Source: an uncultured virus (IMG/VR IMGVR_UViG_3300046168_000066)
Lineage: Duplodnaviria; Heunggongvirae; Uroviricota; Caudoviricetes
Length of the DNA stretch: 20,000 nt
IMG/VR virus record: IMGVR_UViG_3300046168_000066
Direction: 5' to 3' (one strand)
Shown in pieces: positions 1 through 8,335 of this stretch. Position 1 is the stretch's first letter; each line of letters begins with the position of its first letter. A program made the position numbers and the translations under genes. The notes below the pieces were generated by a model. It was not told where the DNA came from. It was given only the letters and a program-made list of their open reading frames with translations, and searched no databases.

Positions 1-1
1 C

Positions 2-328
2 TTTTTCTGCGATTTATCAGAATATCATATCAAAAAAAGTCAATATATGTATTTTGCAAGTCCCCGTGGGAAAGGAATCCAATCTCCTAAAATATATGAA
101 TCTATAATGTGTGAAACAGTTCCAGTGTTAACTGATGCTCCGTATGCAAGACAACTAAGAGATTTATATAATTTACCAATTTACATAATCGACAAATGGG
201 AAAATCTAAATGAAAATCATTTAATTGAAACATACGAAAATAAATATAAAAATTACGATTGGTGTTCTTTGAAAAAAAGATTTCATGTAGATAATTTTAT
301 AGGTGAATTTTTAAATAAAGATTATTGA
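2..328 (+). CDS. Exostosin/GT47-like glycosyltransferase, C-terminal part (5' truncated by window edge)
   Basis: Frame is open from base 2 (FFCDLSEYHIKKSQYMYFASPRGKG...). SPRGKGIQSPKIYESIMCETVPV resembles the exostosin-family PxGxG..R.yEa...ciPV motif. Confidence 0.65.
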   Translation, partial: FFCDLSEYHIKKSQYMYFASPRGKGIQSPKIYESIMCETVPVLTDAPYARQLRDLYNLPIYIIDKWENLNENHLIETYENKYKNYDWCSLKKRFHVDNFIGEFLNKDY

Positions 329-424
329 TGCCGTTCCCACAATTGAATTTTACGATTTCCGACATATCTGCCACAAAAAAGCATACAATTTTTCAAATTA
401 TTTTCATAAACCCCCTCGTCTTTC

Positions 425-432
425 TATTTATA
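425..432 (+). promoter_or_regulatory. TATTTATA motif, candidate phage promoter
   Basis: Shares ttctatttatataa with 7515-7528 and is followed by TAAGGAGG. Confidence 0.45.
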
Positions 433-454
433 TAAGGAGGTTAGCAGATAGATA

Positions 455-1027
455 ATGATAAGTCATAAACACAAGTTTATTTTTGTTCACATTCCCAAAA
501 CGGCAGGTCGAAGCATAGAAAAATATTTGCTAAATTTTAATTCTATGAGAGAAATGCAACCACATCACTCGGTCACCGATTACATTAAAAGAGTAAAAAA
601 TTTTAATTCTATGTTTAAATTTTCATTTGTAAGAAATCCATATGAAAGATTATTAAGTGAATATTTTTACATGAAGAGGATGAAAGGTTGTAACTGTGAA
701 TTTAAAGATTTTAAAATAGAGTGCAATACATTTAAAAAATTTGTAATTTCCGATGCGGTAGAAAAATGTTGTTTTAAACATCACAATACTCCACAAATTG
801 AAATGGCAAATCCCAAATACATGAATTTTATAGGAAGATTTGAAAATCTCCAAGAAGACTTTGATATTATCTGCGACAAAATTGGAATTCCACGACAACA
901 ACTTCCACACAAAAACAAAAGCAAACACAAACACTACACCGAATATTACAACGATGAGACGAAACAAATCGTTGCGGAAAAATACGCAAAGGATATTGAG
1001 TATTTCGGTTATAAATTTGGAGAATGA
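455..1027 (+). CDS. Sulfotransferase family 2 protein (carbohydrate sulfotransferase-like)
   Basis: 5'-PSB motif FIFVHIPKTAGRS, 3'-PB motif FVRNPYERLLSEY, then FIGRFENL and the C-terminal YAKDIEYFGY. Confidence 0.9.
   Translation: MISHKHKFIFVHIPKTAGRSIEKYLLNFNSMREMQPHHSVTDYIKRVKNFNSMFKFSFVRNPYERLLSEYFYMKRMKGCNCEFKDFKIECNTFKKFVISDAVEKCCFKHHNTPQIEMANPKYMNFIGRFENLQEDFDIICDKIGIPRQQLPHKNKSKHKHYTEYYNDETKQIVAEKYAKDIEYFGYKFGE
864..949 (+). repeat. 86-bp exact direct repeat, copy 1 (core of a ~190-bp near-identical 3' segment of the sulfotransferase genes)
   Basis: atattatctgcgacaaa...accgaatattac is identical to 1479-1564 (offset 615). Flanks are similar with scattered substitutions. Confidence 0.95.
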
Positions 1028-1030
1028 GGA

Positions 1031-1645
1031 ATGATAAGTCATAAGTATAAATGCATATTTATTCACATACCTAAATGTGGGGGTTCTTCAATAGAAAATG
1101 CCATTGATGGTAGAGACTGGTGGAATATAAACAAACCAATTAACATAAAATGTGAAAAACACTTTTCAGCTGAGAAGTGTAAGCAACAATATAGCAAGTA
1201 TTGGGAAGAATACACCAAATTTACTATGGTGCGAAATCCTTATTCATTACAAGTATCATGGTATTTTTTTAAAAATATATATAATCACAAAATGTCCTTC
1301 AAAGAATATGTTAAAAACGAAAAAATTAATCGTATTTCAAGATATAGTGGTGGGTTCTTAGATAAAAAGTGGAGTAAGATAATGCCAGACTTATTAACAT
1401 CTTACGAGTATATTTCAACTAATGGTGCAATTGAATTAGATTTCATCGGAAAATTTGAAAACATCCAAGAAGACTTTAATATTATCTGCGACAAAATTGG
1501 AATTCCACGACAACAACTTCCACACAAAAACAAAAGCAAACACAAACACTACACCGAATATTACGATGACGAAACTCGTCAAATCGTTGCGGAAAAATAC
1601 GCAAAGGACATTGAGTATTTTGGGTATGAATTTGGGAAAAGTTGA
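1031..1645 (+). CDS. Sulfotransferase family 2 protein, tandem paralogue
   Basis: IFIHIPKCGGSS, MVRNPYSLQVSWY, FIGKFENI and YAKDIEYFGY motifs. Starts 3 nt after the upstream stop. Confidence 0.9.
   Translation: MISHKYKCIFIHIPKCGGSSIENAIDGRDWWNINKPINIKCEKHFSAEKCKQQYSKYWEEYTKFTMVRNPYSLQVSWYFFKNIYNHKMSFKEYVKNEKINRISRYSGGFLDKKWSKIMPDLLTSYEYISTNGAIELDFIGKFENIQEDFNIICDKIGIPRQQLPHKNKSKHKHYTEYYDDETRQIVAEKYAKDIEYFGYEFGKS
1479..1564 (+). repeat. 86-bp exact direct repeat, copy 2
   Basis: Identical to 864-949. Confidence 0.95.
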
Positions 1646-2340
1646 TGAACGATACGCAAAATATTGCAATTGTATACTCAGCACACGGTAAGAAATATAC
1701 GAAATACGCAGAACGATGTGCAAGATATTCTAAAAAAATTATTTGCGACCAAAAATGTGATTTGGTATTTCATACTAATCACGATTATGATAATAGTGAA
1801 GGTATATTTGATAAAGTAGTTTATGAGAAAAATATTTTTCCATCACATAAGTCACACGCATTCAAAATACAAGGAATCATAAATTTGCTATGCAATACGA
1901 CATATAAAAAGTTTTTATACATCGATAGTGATGCCATTATACTAAAAAAAGATTTTATGATTCCGTTTGATTATTTAGATACTCACGATTTATTAGGTGT
2001 GAGTGCAAAAAAAGAATATGGTCCAAGTTCAAAGGAAATAGATTCTATTGGAAAGTATGTAAAAATTCCAAATAGTTTTGGTGAAATTAATACCGGAGTT
2101 ATTTATTACAATAATAATGCGGATATAATAAGATTAATGAAGAATTGGTTAGATTTTTTCTTAAATAACTATAAAAAAAAGTATGACCAAGGTGGGTTTA
2201 GATTATGTTTGTATGAGTCAGATATAAAATTTAAGAGAATAGATGATATTTTTAATCAAAGATTTAAAAAACCAAATAACGAAACCGTCATACTACACGG
2301 ACCGGGAAGCGTATTTAAGTTAATAGATAGTTGTTCTTAA
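1645..2340 (+). CDS. GT-A fold nucleotide-diphospho-sugar transferase (GT8/GT77-like)
   Basis: DxD motif FLYIDSDA, then INTGV, YDQ and a late ILHG. ATG at 1645 overlaps the upstream TGA (TGATG). Confidence 0.75.
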   Translation: MNDTQNIAIVYSAHGKKYTKYAERCARYSKKIICDQKCDLVFHTNHDYDNSEGIFDKVVYEKNIFPSHKSHAFKIQGIINLLCNTTYKKFLYIDSDAIILKKDFMIPFDYLDTHDLLGVSAKKEYGPSSKEIDSIGKYVKIPNSFGEINTGVIYYNNNADIIRLMKNWLDFFLNNYKKKYDQGGFRLCLYESDIKFKRIDDIFNQRFKKPNNETVILHGPGSVFKLIDSCS

Positions 2341-2365
2341 ATTTATATACAGAATATTTATTTAT

Positions 2366-3313
2366 ATGAAAAATGTAGCATTTATAGACTATAATATGTG
2401 TGAACGTGGAACAACGATTGCGACTTACGATTATGCACTACATAATGAAAAAATACTTGGTAATAAATCATTCATATTTTATGACATAAATTCAAAATCA
2501 AAAAAAGAAAAAGTAATTAGTAAATTTAAGAAACAATTTTGTGATGTGATTGGATTCACAAATTTTTCTGAAGTGGATAGTTACATAAGTCAAAATAAAA
2601 TTACTCATTTGTATAATTTAATAGGAGGTAGGTATAAACCTGCTTTGAGTAAGTATGCTAAAAATTGCATTCATTACGTTTTTACTTATCAAGATTATGG
2701 AGATATAAATGTTGCGTTGAGTCCTGTGATTAAAAATTTTAAAAAAAGTATGAATATCTTGCCCCACCTGGTTGACTTACCAGTTGTTACTAATGATTTA
2801 AGAAGTAAACTTGGCATTCCACCAAATTCAACTGTTTTTGGTGGATACGGTGGAAAGGATATGTTCAATATAAAAGAAGCACAAGAAGCAGTGTATGAGG
2901 TTGCTTCAAAAAATAAAAACATTTACTTCCTCTTTGCTAATTTTCATAAATTTTGTGATACATTGCCAAATGTTATTCATTTACCTTGTATTGTTGATAT
3001 AAAAGAAAAAGTTGAATTTATAAATACCTGCGATGCAATGATGTGGGCAAGAAAGCAAGGTGAAGTTATGAGTATGGCAATGGGTGAGTTTGCTACAAAA
3101 AATAAACCAATAATTGCTACAAAAAAAGGATTTTTCCGTGGCCACTGTCATATATTGGGTGATACGGCAATTTGGTATTCTACGAAACAGAGTTTGATAA
3201 ATATACTTGAAAATTTTGATAAAAACATAGAGTCAAATAAAAATTGGAATGCATATCGTGAGTATACTCCTAAAAAGGTTATGGAGATATTTAATAAAGT
3301 TTTTTTAAAATGA
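2366..3313 (+). CDS. GT-B (GT4-like) glycosyltransferase
   Basis: N-terminal RGTTIATYDYA. C-terminal FINTCDAMMWARKQGEVMSMAMGEF..KNKPII matches the GT4 E-x7-E / kPvi pattern. Confidence 0.7.
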   Translation: MKNVAFIDYNMCERGTTIATYDYALHNEKILGNKSFIFYDINSKSKKEKVISKFKKQFCDVIGFTNFSEVDSYISQNKITHLYNLIGGRYKPALSKYAKNCIHYVFTYQDYGDINVALSPVIKNFKKSMNILPHLVDLPVVTNDLRSKLGIPPNSTVFGGYGGKDMFNIKEAQEAVYEVASKNKNIYFLFANFHKFCDTLPNVIHLPCIVDIKEKVEFINTCDAMMWARKQGEVMSMAMGEFATKNKPIIATKKGFFRGHCHILGDTAIWYSTKQSLINILENFDKNIESNKNWNAYREYTPKKVMEIFNKVFLK

Positions 3314-4119
3314 AACTATCAATTTACACACGGATAATGCCAAGACTTGAAACTTTTTTTTTAGAAGAATGGATCGAACACAATTTGCAAATTGGAGTTG
3401 ATAAAATTTATATATACGATGCCGGTAATAAACCTTTTAACGATAGAGGTGGCCATAAAAATAGAACTGATGTATTTAATGATCTCCATCGAGAACTCAA
3501 TAATTCAGAAAAAAATATTAAGTGGGGCAAAAAACCAAATGTAGATTACTTTTTAGATTATACAGAAAAAGAAATTCAAGATAAATTGTATGAAATACAA
3601 AATAAGTTTAAAAAAAATACAGAAATTACAGATTGGAAATATGGAAAAAATCATAACGAAAAAGAAAATGTTCGTTCTCAGATTCTTGGATATAAAAATG
3701 CTGTAACTCAAAATAAGTCAGACTGGTGGATGTTGTTAGATCCAGATGAATTTTTACATAGTTGTGAGTTCACATATATCAAAAAATTTCTATGTCAAAT
3801 GGAAGAACAAAAAAAGTTTTCATTAAAATTATCTCAAAGAATTTTTAAAAATAGACAACGGAATGTTTCTACTAGGAAAATCTTTGAGTATAGTGGAGAT
3901 CTTAGGTTAACAAAGACATTGGTTAAATCACCTATAATTTCTGAACTAAAATTACATTCTGCCGAATCTACTTTGTCTACATCATACTTTGTTAAGCCAA
4001 GAAAATTTAGATTTAACCATTACAGAGGTCCTTCGGAGCAAATGGGCGGACCTGCATACGGTAAACTTATGTACAAACCTTTTAATAAAATTGATAAAGG
4101 TATGTTAAAATATCTGTAA
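3310..4119 (+). CDS. Glycosyltransferase, GT2_4/GT92-like
   Basis: FLEEWIEHNLQIGVDKIYIYD and WWMLLDPDEF (DxDE) motifs, late NHY. ATGA overlap with the upstream gene. Confidence 0.8.
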   Translation: MKLSIYTRIMPRLETFFLEEWIEHNLQIGVDKIYIYDAGNKPFNDRGGHKNRTDVFNDLHRELNNSEKNIKWGKKPNVDYFLDYTEKEIQDKLYEIQNKFKKNTEITDWKYGKNHNEKENVRSQILGYKNAVTQNKSDWWMLLDPDEFLHSCEFTYIKKFLCQMEEQKKFSLKLSQRIFKNRQRNVSTRKIFEYSGDLRLTKTLVKSPIISELKLHSAESTLSTSYFVKPRKFRFNHYRGPSEQMGGPAYGKLMYKPFNKIDKGMLKYL

Positions 4120-4130
4120 ACATTCACTTG

Positions 4131-4763
4131 ATGAAAAAAAAATTAATATATAGATTGGGCGATGTAGTGCGAACGCAATATTTTCACTTGGACACATCTT
4201 TATATACAGACGGTGAGTATAAGAATACGATTGCTGGTAAATATATGCAATCTACTACCGAAAAAAATAATTTTGATTTGTTAAATGAAATTGTCCTCAA
4301 TTTTGAAAAAAAACTTAAAATGACAAAACCAACTTCAAACGAGTGGGTTGTTCATATACGACTTGGTGATGTTTTGGAAAAATCCAAACATTCAGTTGAA
4401 GAACATTTTGAAAATGATATAAGAAGTGAGGGAAAAGGAATTTCGGATTCATTCTACATTAAACCAAAGATATTTTTTTTAAACAGAATAAACAAGATGA
4501 AAAAACTTGGGATAACGAAAGTAATAATCTGCTCAAAATTTCATAAAGCAGAAGATGATCACAAAAAGAGCAGTTTATATTTGGAAAATGTGATTGAATT
4601 GTTTAAACGTAATGGATTTGAGGTTAATTTAAGAGTCGGTAAATTTGATGCAGATGAAGATTTCACATTTTTAGTTAACTCAAAATACTTTACCAGCACT
4701 GGAGGTGGTTTTTCGTTATTCGCAAGTAAACTTATTGAACTTCGTGGCAACAATAATATTTAA
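4131..4763 (+). CDS. Fucosyltransferase-like (GT11/GT23-type donor-binding domain) protein
   Basis: VVHIRLGD (HxRxGD) and DADEDFTFL...TGGGFS resemble the GDP-fucose-binding motifs. It is short for a complete GT-B enzyme. Confidence 0.55.
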   Translation: MKKKLIYRLGDVVRTQYFHLDTSLYTDGEYKNTIAGKYMQSTTEKNNFDLLNEIVLNFEKKLKMTKPTSNEWVVHIRLGDVLEKSKHSVEEHFENDIRSEGKGISDSFYIKPKIFFLNRINKMKKLGITKVIICSKFHKAEDDHKKSSLYLENVIELFKRNGFEVNLRVGKFDADEDFTFLVNSKYFTSTGGGFSLFASKLIELRGNNNI

Positions 4764-4778
4764 TTTTTCAGTAGAGTA

Positions 4779-4786
4779 TATTTATA
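4779..4786 (+). promoter_or_regulatory. TATTTATA motif, candidate phage promoter
   Basis: In a 29-nt intergenic gap, 6 nt before ATG 4793. Confidence 0.45.
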
Positions 4787-4792
4787 ATAGAG

Positions 4793-6457
4793 ATGATTAA
4801 AACAGCAGTATACGCATATTGGGCGAAACCTTTTTTGGAAAAAGAGTCGTATAGCAATTTTGAACGAAAAAATGATTTGTTGGTATCATTAAGACTCAGT
4901 GTCGAGCAATCAAGAAAGTTTTTTGATAAAATTGTTTTTTATGGAGATCACGAAGCAATTGCACAAATTTGCAACATCGTAAAATTTGATGAAGTATACG
5001 ATGATGTAGAAGAACTAAACGAAAAAAATATTCCAAGTTATTTTTATTCTCTTCCAAAAGTTGTTGCGTGTGAAAAAATGAAAGAACCTTTCGTTTTAAT
5101 TGAAAATGATTTTTATTTGTGGGACATTCCAAAATCAAGTAACTTTTATGAAGCACCTTTAATTGTTGAGGATTTCCACGAAACTCCGATTGAGTTTTAC
5201 GATGAAATTGACAGAATGCAAGAAAAAGAAATGGCAACTCGTCCACGATGGTATCGTCTTGCTAAAAAAGGAAAATTTTCAATTCCACAAAAAGGAATAT
5301 ACGGTGGAAACGATATAAAGTTTATCAACGAACACGCATTGGAAGTTATGCGATTAGTAGACAATGAAACAAATCTTGAAATCTTTCAATCCGAAGAAAA
5401 CGAAAAATTATTTAAAAATACTCATCTTATTTACGATTTGTGGTATTGTGGAGCAAAAATAGATAGCACTCAGACACCTTCATTTGCGTTACGAGATTCC
5501 GACATTAAATACACTCATTTGTATGCTGACAAGAAAAACGATCCTGAAGTTTCTATTAAGTTGTATGAACGAGTTCGCAAAGATTTGCCGGACTTTATGA
5601 AGAAAATTGATGCAGACGGAGAAGGTGTTTATGATCCAGTTGAAAATTATGATTATTTTATTGAACCAACTCCTGGTATTCCTAACATTGAGATTGGTAA
5701 AAAGAAACTGACATTCGTTATGGCATTAATGAATCGCAAACATCAAATTGAAAAAACATTAATTAAAAACTTGGAAGATAATTGGGAAGACCGAGAAGAT
5801 GTTGAATTTGTGTTAATGGATGTAAGCAGTAAAGACGGATTTCGTGAGTGGTTACAAGAACAAAATTTAGATAAATACACCAAGTCGGGATATCTTCGTT
5901 GTTTTGAAACAGATGTTATTGATACTTGGCACGCCAGTATCGGCAAAAACACTGCAGCTCACCAAGCACACGGCCGTATCGTAGTAACTTTAGATTGTGA
6001 TAACTTCACAGGTTTTCGTGGAGGAAATTTCGTAATACAACATTTTGAAAAACACGATTACAATTGCGTTATGCACCAATTTGATTGGAATCCACAAAAT
6101 GGAAACTTTGGAAGAATTGCATTAACCAAAAACAAATTTGACGAAATAGGAGGATATGATCAATCATTGTTGCCTATGGGATATCAAGATTGGGATATCA
6201 TCAAACGAGCAGAAGCAATTGGTTGTGAATATATAAATCCAACGGATGCAGAATATAATCAAGCAATTACCAATGAAGGTGGAAAAGAACTTAGTATGGC
6301 AAATACGATTGATGCTCATAAAAAAATGGGTTGGACTGAAATGAATCGTATCAACAAATTAAAATGCCATCACAATTTGTATCGCAACAAACACAAAGCA
6401 AACGAAGGATACTACGGAATTCGTTCAAATGTACGTCGTATTTTAGATGAAGAGTAA
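4793..6457 (+). CDS. Two-domain protein: DUF6734-like N-terminus fused to a GT2/GT7-like glycosyltransferase
   Basis: C-terminal half has TLDCDNF (DxD), GRI and IGGYDQSLLPMGYQDWD. N-terminal half (YAYWAKPF..LSV..SRKFFDKIVFYGD..PK..EPFVLIEND) recalls DUF6734 from memory, not verified. Confidence 0.7.
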   Translation: MIKTAVYAYWAKPFLEKESYSNFERKNDLLVSLRLSVEQSRKFFDKIVFYGDHEAIAQICNIVKFDEVYDDVEELNEKNIPSYFYSLPKVVACEKMKEPFVLIENDFYLWDIPKSSNFYEAPLIVEDFHETPIEFYDEIDRMQEKEMATRPRWYRLAKKGKFSIPQKGIYGGNDIKFINEHALEVMRLVDNETNLEIFQSEENEKLFKNTHLIYDLWYCGAKIDSTQTPSFALRDSDIKYTHLYADKKNDPEVSIKLYERVRKDLPDFMKKIDADGEGVYDPVENYDYFIEPTPGIPNIEIGKKKLTFVMALMNRKHQIEKTLIKNLEDNWEDREDVEFVLMDVSSKDGFREWLQEQNLDKYTKSGYLRCFETDVIDTWHASIGKNTAAHQAHGRIVVTLDCDNFTGFRGGNFVIQHFEKHDYNCVMHQFDWNPQNGNFGRIALTKNKFDEIGGYDQSLLPMGYQDWDIIKRAEAIGCEYINPTDAEYNQAITNEGGKELSMANTIDAHKKMGWTEMNRINKLKCHHNLYRNKHKANEGYYGIRSNVRRILDEE

Positions 6458-6468
6458 TATATATTTAT

Positions 6469-6888
6469 GTGGATAAACACATAAATGAAGTGACATCTGC
6501 TGGTATTTCAACTGCAACCGATTCTGAACCAGATTTTGGAAATTGGTTGGGAGTCGGCAAAATAAGAAAACTTGGAGCAGAAATGAGTGGTGATGCGGAT
6601 AAATGGTTTCGCACAGGAGGTTATACTCAAACTGAGTTTCCACAGGCAGATGATATATGGGGAGGAAAGTTTGATGAACTTACTGCATTTAATCTTGATC
6701 CCGGAATTTACAGAAAATCTGCAACAGAGAAATTAAAAGTTCCACCCACTTGGTCAAACTTTGCGACACCTGATGAAGCAGAGTCATTACCAAAACCAAA
6801 CTCAGTAACTACTGATGGTGACGAAGATACTGATGATGACTTCGGTGATTTAAATCAAAAAATTCCAAAATATCGTGATTTCTTTTGA
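6469..6888 (+). CDS. Hypothetical protein with acidic C-terminus
   Basis: 139-aa ORF filling the gap between neighbours, GTG start directly after TATTTAT. No family recognised; start uncertain. Confidence 0.65.
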   Translation: MDKHINEVTSAGISTATDSEPDFGNWLGVGKIRKLGAEMSGDADKWFRTGGYTQTEFPQADDIWGGKFDELTAFNLDPGIYRKSATEKLKVPPTWSNFATPDEAESLPKPNSVTTDGDEDTDDDFGDLNQKIPKYRDFF

Positions 6889-6923
6889 CAATAATTGAGT
6901 TATTATAATACTTATAGTTTGTA

Positions 6924-7487
6924 ATGGATGTTCCAATGATAATCGGTTTAACGGGTCTTGCTCGTTGCGGTAAAGACACTTTTTGTAATTATGCAAGAAA
7001 ATATTTAAAGTCCCACAACTACGAAACGCAAAGACTTGCTTTTGCGGACGAACTCAAAAAAGATGTAGACGCATTTTTAATAGAGAAACTTGGCATTTCA
7101 GCATTTACAGAAGTTACCTCAGAAAAAGAAATTATTCGTCCTATGCTGACAACTTGGGGAACTGATATAATGCGAAAAAAAGATGATTTGCATTGGGTCA
7201 AAAAAGTTGAAGAAATTATTGTTGAAAATCAAAAAAACAATATAGTAAGTATTGTAACAGATATTCGTTTTCCAAATGAAATTGAATATATTCACAAAAT
7301 GGGTGGATGTGTAATTCATTTGACGATGACAGGTAATAAACCTGCTAATGATTATGAAGCAGAAAATGATCCATTGTTGCAAAAAACTGCAAATTGCCAT
7401 GTTGAATGGGAAAGGTACGGAGATGATGCTTTAGAAAAGTGCATTGCTCACGTTGAAACTGCATTTAACGAGTGCGTCAATAAGTAA
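6924..7487 (+). CDS. Deoxynucleoside monophosphate kinase (T4 gp1-like)
   Basis: P-loop IIGLTGLARCGKDT, then AFADELK, R..L..WGTDI.R and TDIRFPNE. Confidence 0.85.
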   Translation: MDVPMIIGLTGLARCGKDTFCNYARKYLKSHNYETQRLAFADELKKDVDAFLIEKLGISAFTEVTSEKEIIRPMLTTWGTDIMRKKDDLHWVKKVEEIIVENQKNNIVSIVTDIRFPNEIEYIHKMGGCVIHLTMTGNKPANDYEAENDPLLQKTANCHVEWERYGDDALEKCIAHVETAFNECVNK

Positions 7488-7517
7488 CTTTATTTTTATA
7501 ATTCCATCGGAAACTTC

Positions 7518-7525
7518 TATTTATA
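7518..7525 (+). promoter_or_regulatory. TATTTATA motif, candidate phage promoter
   Basis: 4 nt before ATG 7530, with no SD. Confidence 0.45.
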
Positions 7526-7529
7526 TAAT

Positions 7530-8294
7530 ATGAAGTATAATCCAAAGAAACGAAAAAGCACCAAAGAAGCACACGAAAACATGACGTTCATGAATAGTCG
7601 TGAAGCACGATGGTTGAGAGTTCTTGCGGAATTGATGGAAACAGAAGCCAGAATGAAAAAAACTGGAATTAGACACACAATTGTTTTTCAAGGAAGTGCA
7701 AGAATTAACGAAGAATCTGAACAATTTAAAAAGAATGGATATGATCGTTATTATACCGAAGCATATGAACTTTCAAAGCAATTAACCGAGTGGTCAGAAG
7801 AAAACTTCACAGAACGTAAAAACAAGTTTTATATCAGCAGTGGTGCTGGACCAGGGATAATGGAAGCAGCCAACAAAGGAGCACACGATGCCGGAGGAAA
7901 ATCAGTTGGTCTTGGTATCAAGTTACCATTTGAACAAACCAACAACGAGTATGTGACACCTGAAATGGATTTCGTTTATCATTATTTCTTTACACGCAAA
8001 TATTGGTTTCTTTATCAAGCAAAAGCGTTAGTTGTGTTTCCAGGTGGTTTTGGAACAATGGACGAATTATTTGAAGCATTAACTTTGATTCAATGTCAAA
8101 AGATTGAGAAACCTGTTCCGACAATTTTATACGGAAAAGACTTTTGGGAGAATGTTGTTGGGTGGGACAAATTCATTGAAGCAGGAACAATCAGCAAAAA
8201 AGACTTGAATTTATTCAAAATTGTAGATGATGTAGAAACTGCAAAAACTTTTTTGATTGAGAATCTTACAAAATACTATAAATTGCATTTCTGA
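7530..8294 (+). CDS. LOG-family nucleotide monophosphate phosphoribohydrolase (often mislabelled lysine decarboxylase)
   Basis: GSAR, SGAGPGIMEAANKGA, LPFEQ, YFFTRKYWF and the signature PGGFGTMDE (PGGxGTxxE). Confidence 0.92.
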   Translation: MKYNPKKRKSTKEAHENMTFMNSREARWLRVLAELMETEARMKKTGIRHTIVFQGSARINEESEQFKKNGYDRYYTEAYELSKQLTEWSEENFTERKNKFYISSGAGPGIMEAANKGAHDAGGKSVGLGIKLPFEQTNNEYVTPEMDFVYHYFFTRKYWFLYQAKALVVFPGGFGTMDELFEALTLIQCQKIEKPVPTILYGKDFWENVVGWDKFIEAGTISKKDLNLFKIVDDVETAKTFLIENLTKYYKLHF

Positions 8295-8298
8295 TTTC

Positions 8299-8327
8299 TT
8301 GACTTATTGTTAAAATTCGGATAGTAT
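8299..8327 (+). promoter_or_regulatory. sigma70-type promoter for metK
   Basis: TTGACT (8299-8304), 17-nt spacer, TAGTAT (8322-8327). ATG follows at 8336. Confidence 0.6.
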
Positions 8328-8335
8328 TATACACA

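Noticed and set aside
838..1640. Sulfotransferase repeat as a DGR template/variable repeat pair
   Set aside because: Differences are largely third-position changes and not adenine-specific, both copies are coding, and there is no reverse transcriptase in the window.
653..1723. Similar minus-strand ORFs (653..1066, 1436..1723) and alternative-frame ORFs (840..1034, 1455..1691)
   Set aside because: Shadows of the duplicated sulfotransferase 3' ends, with no independent support.
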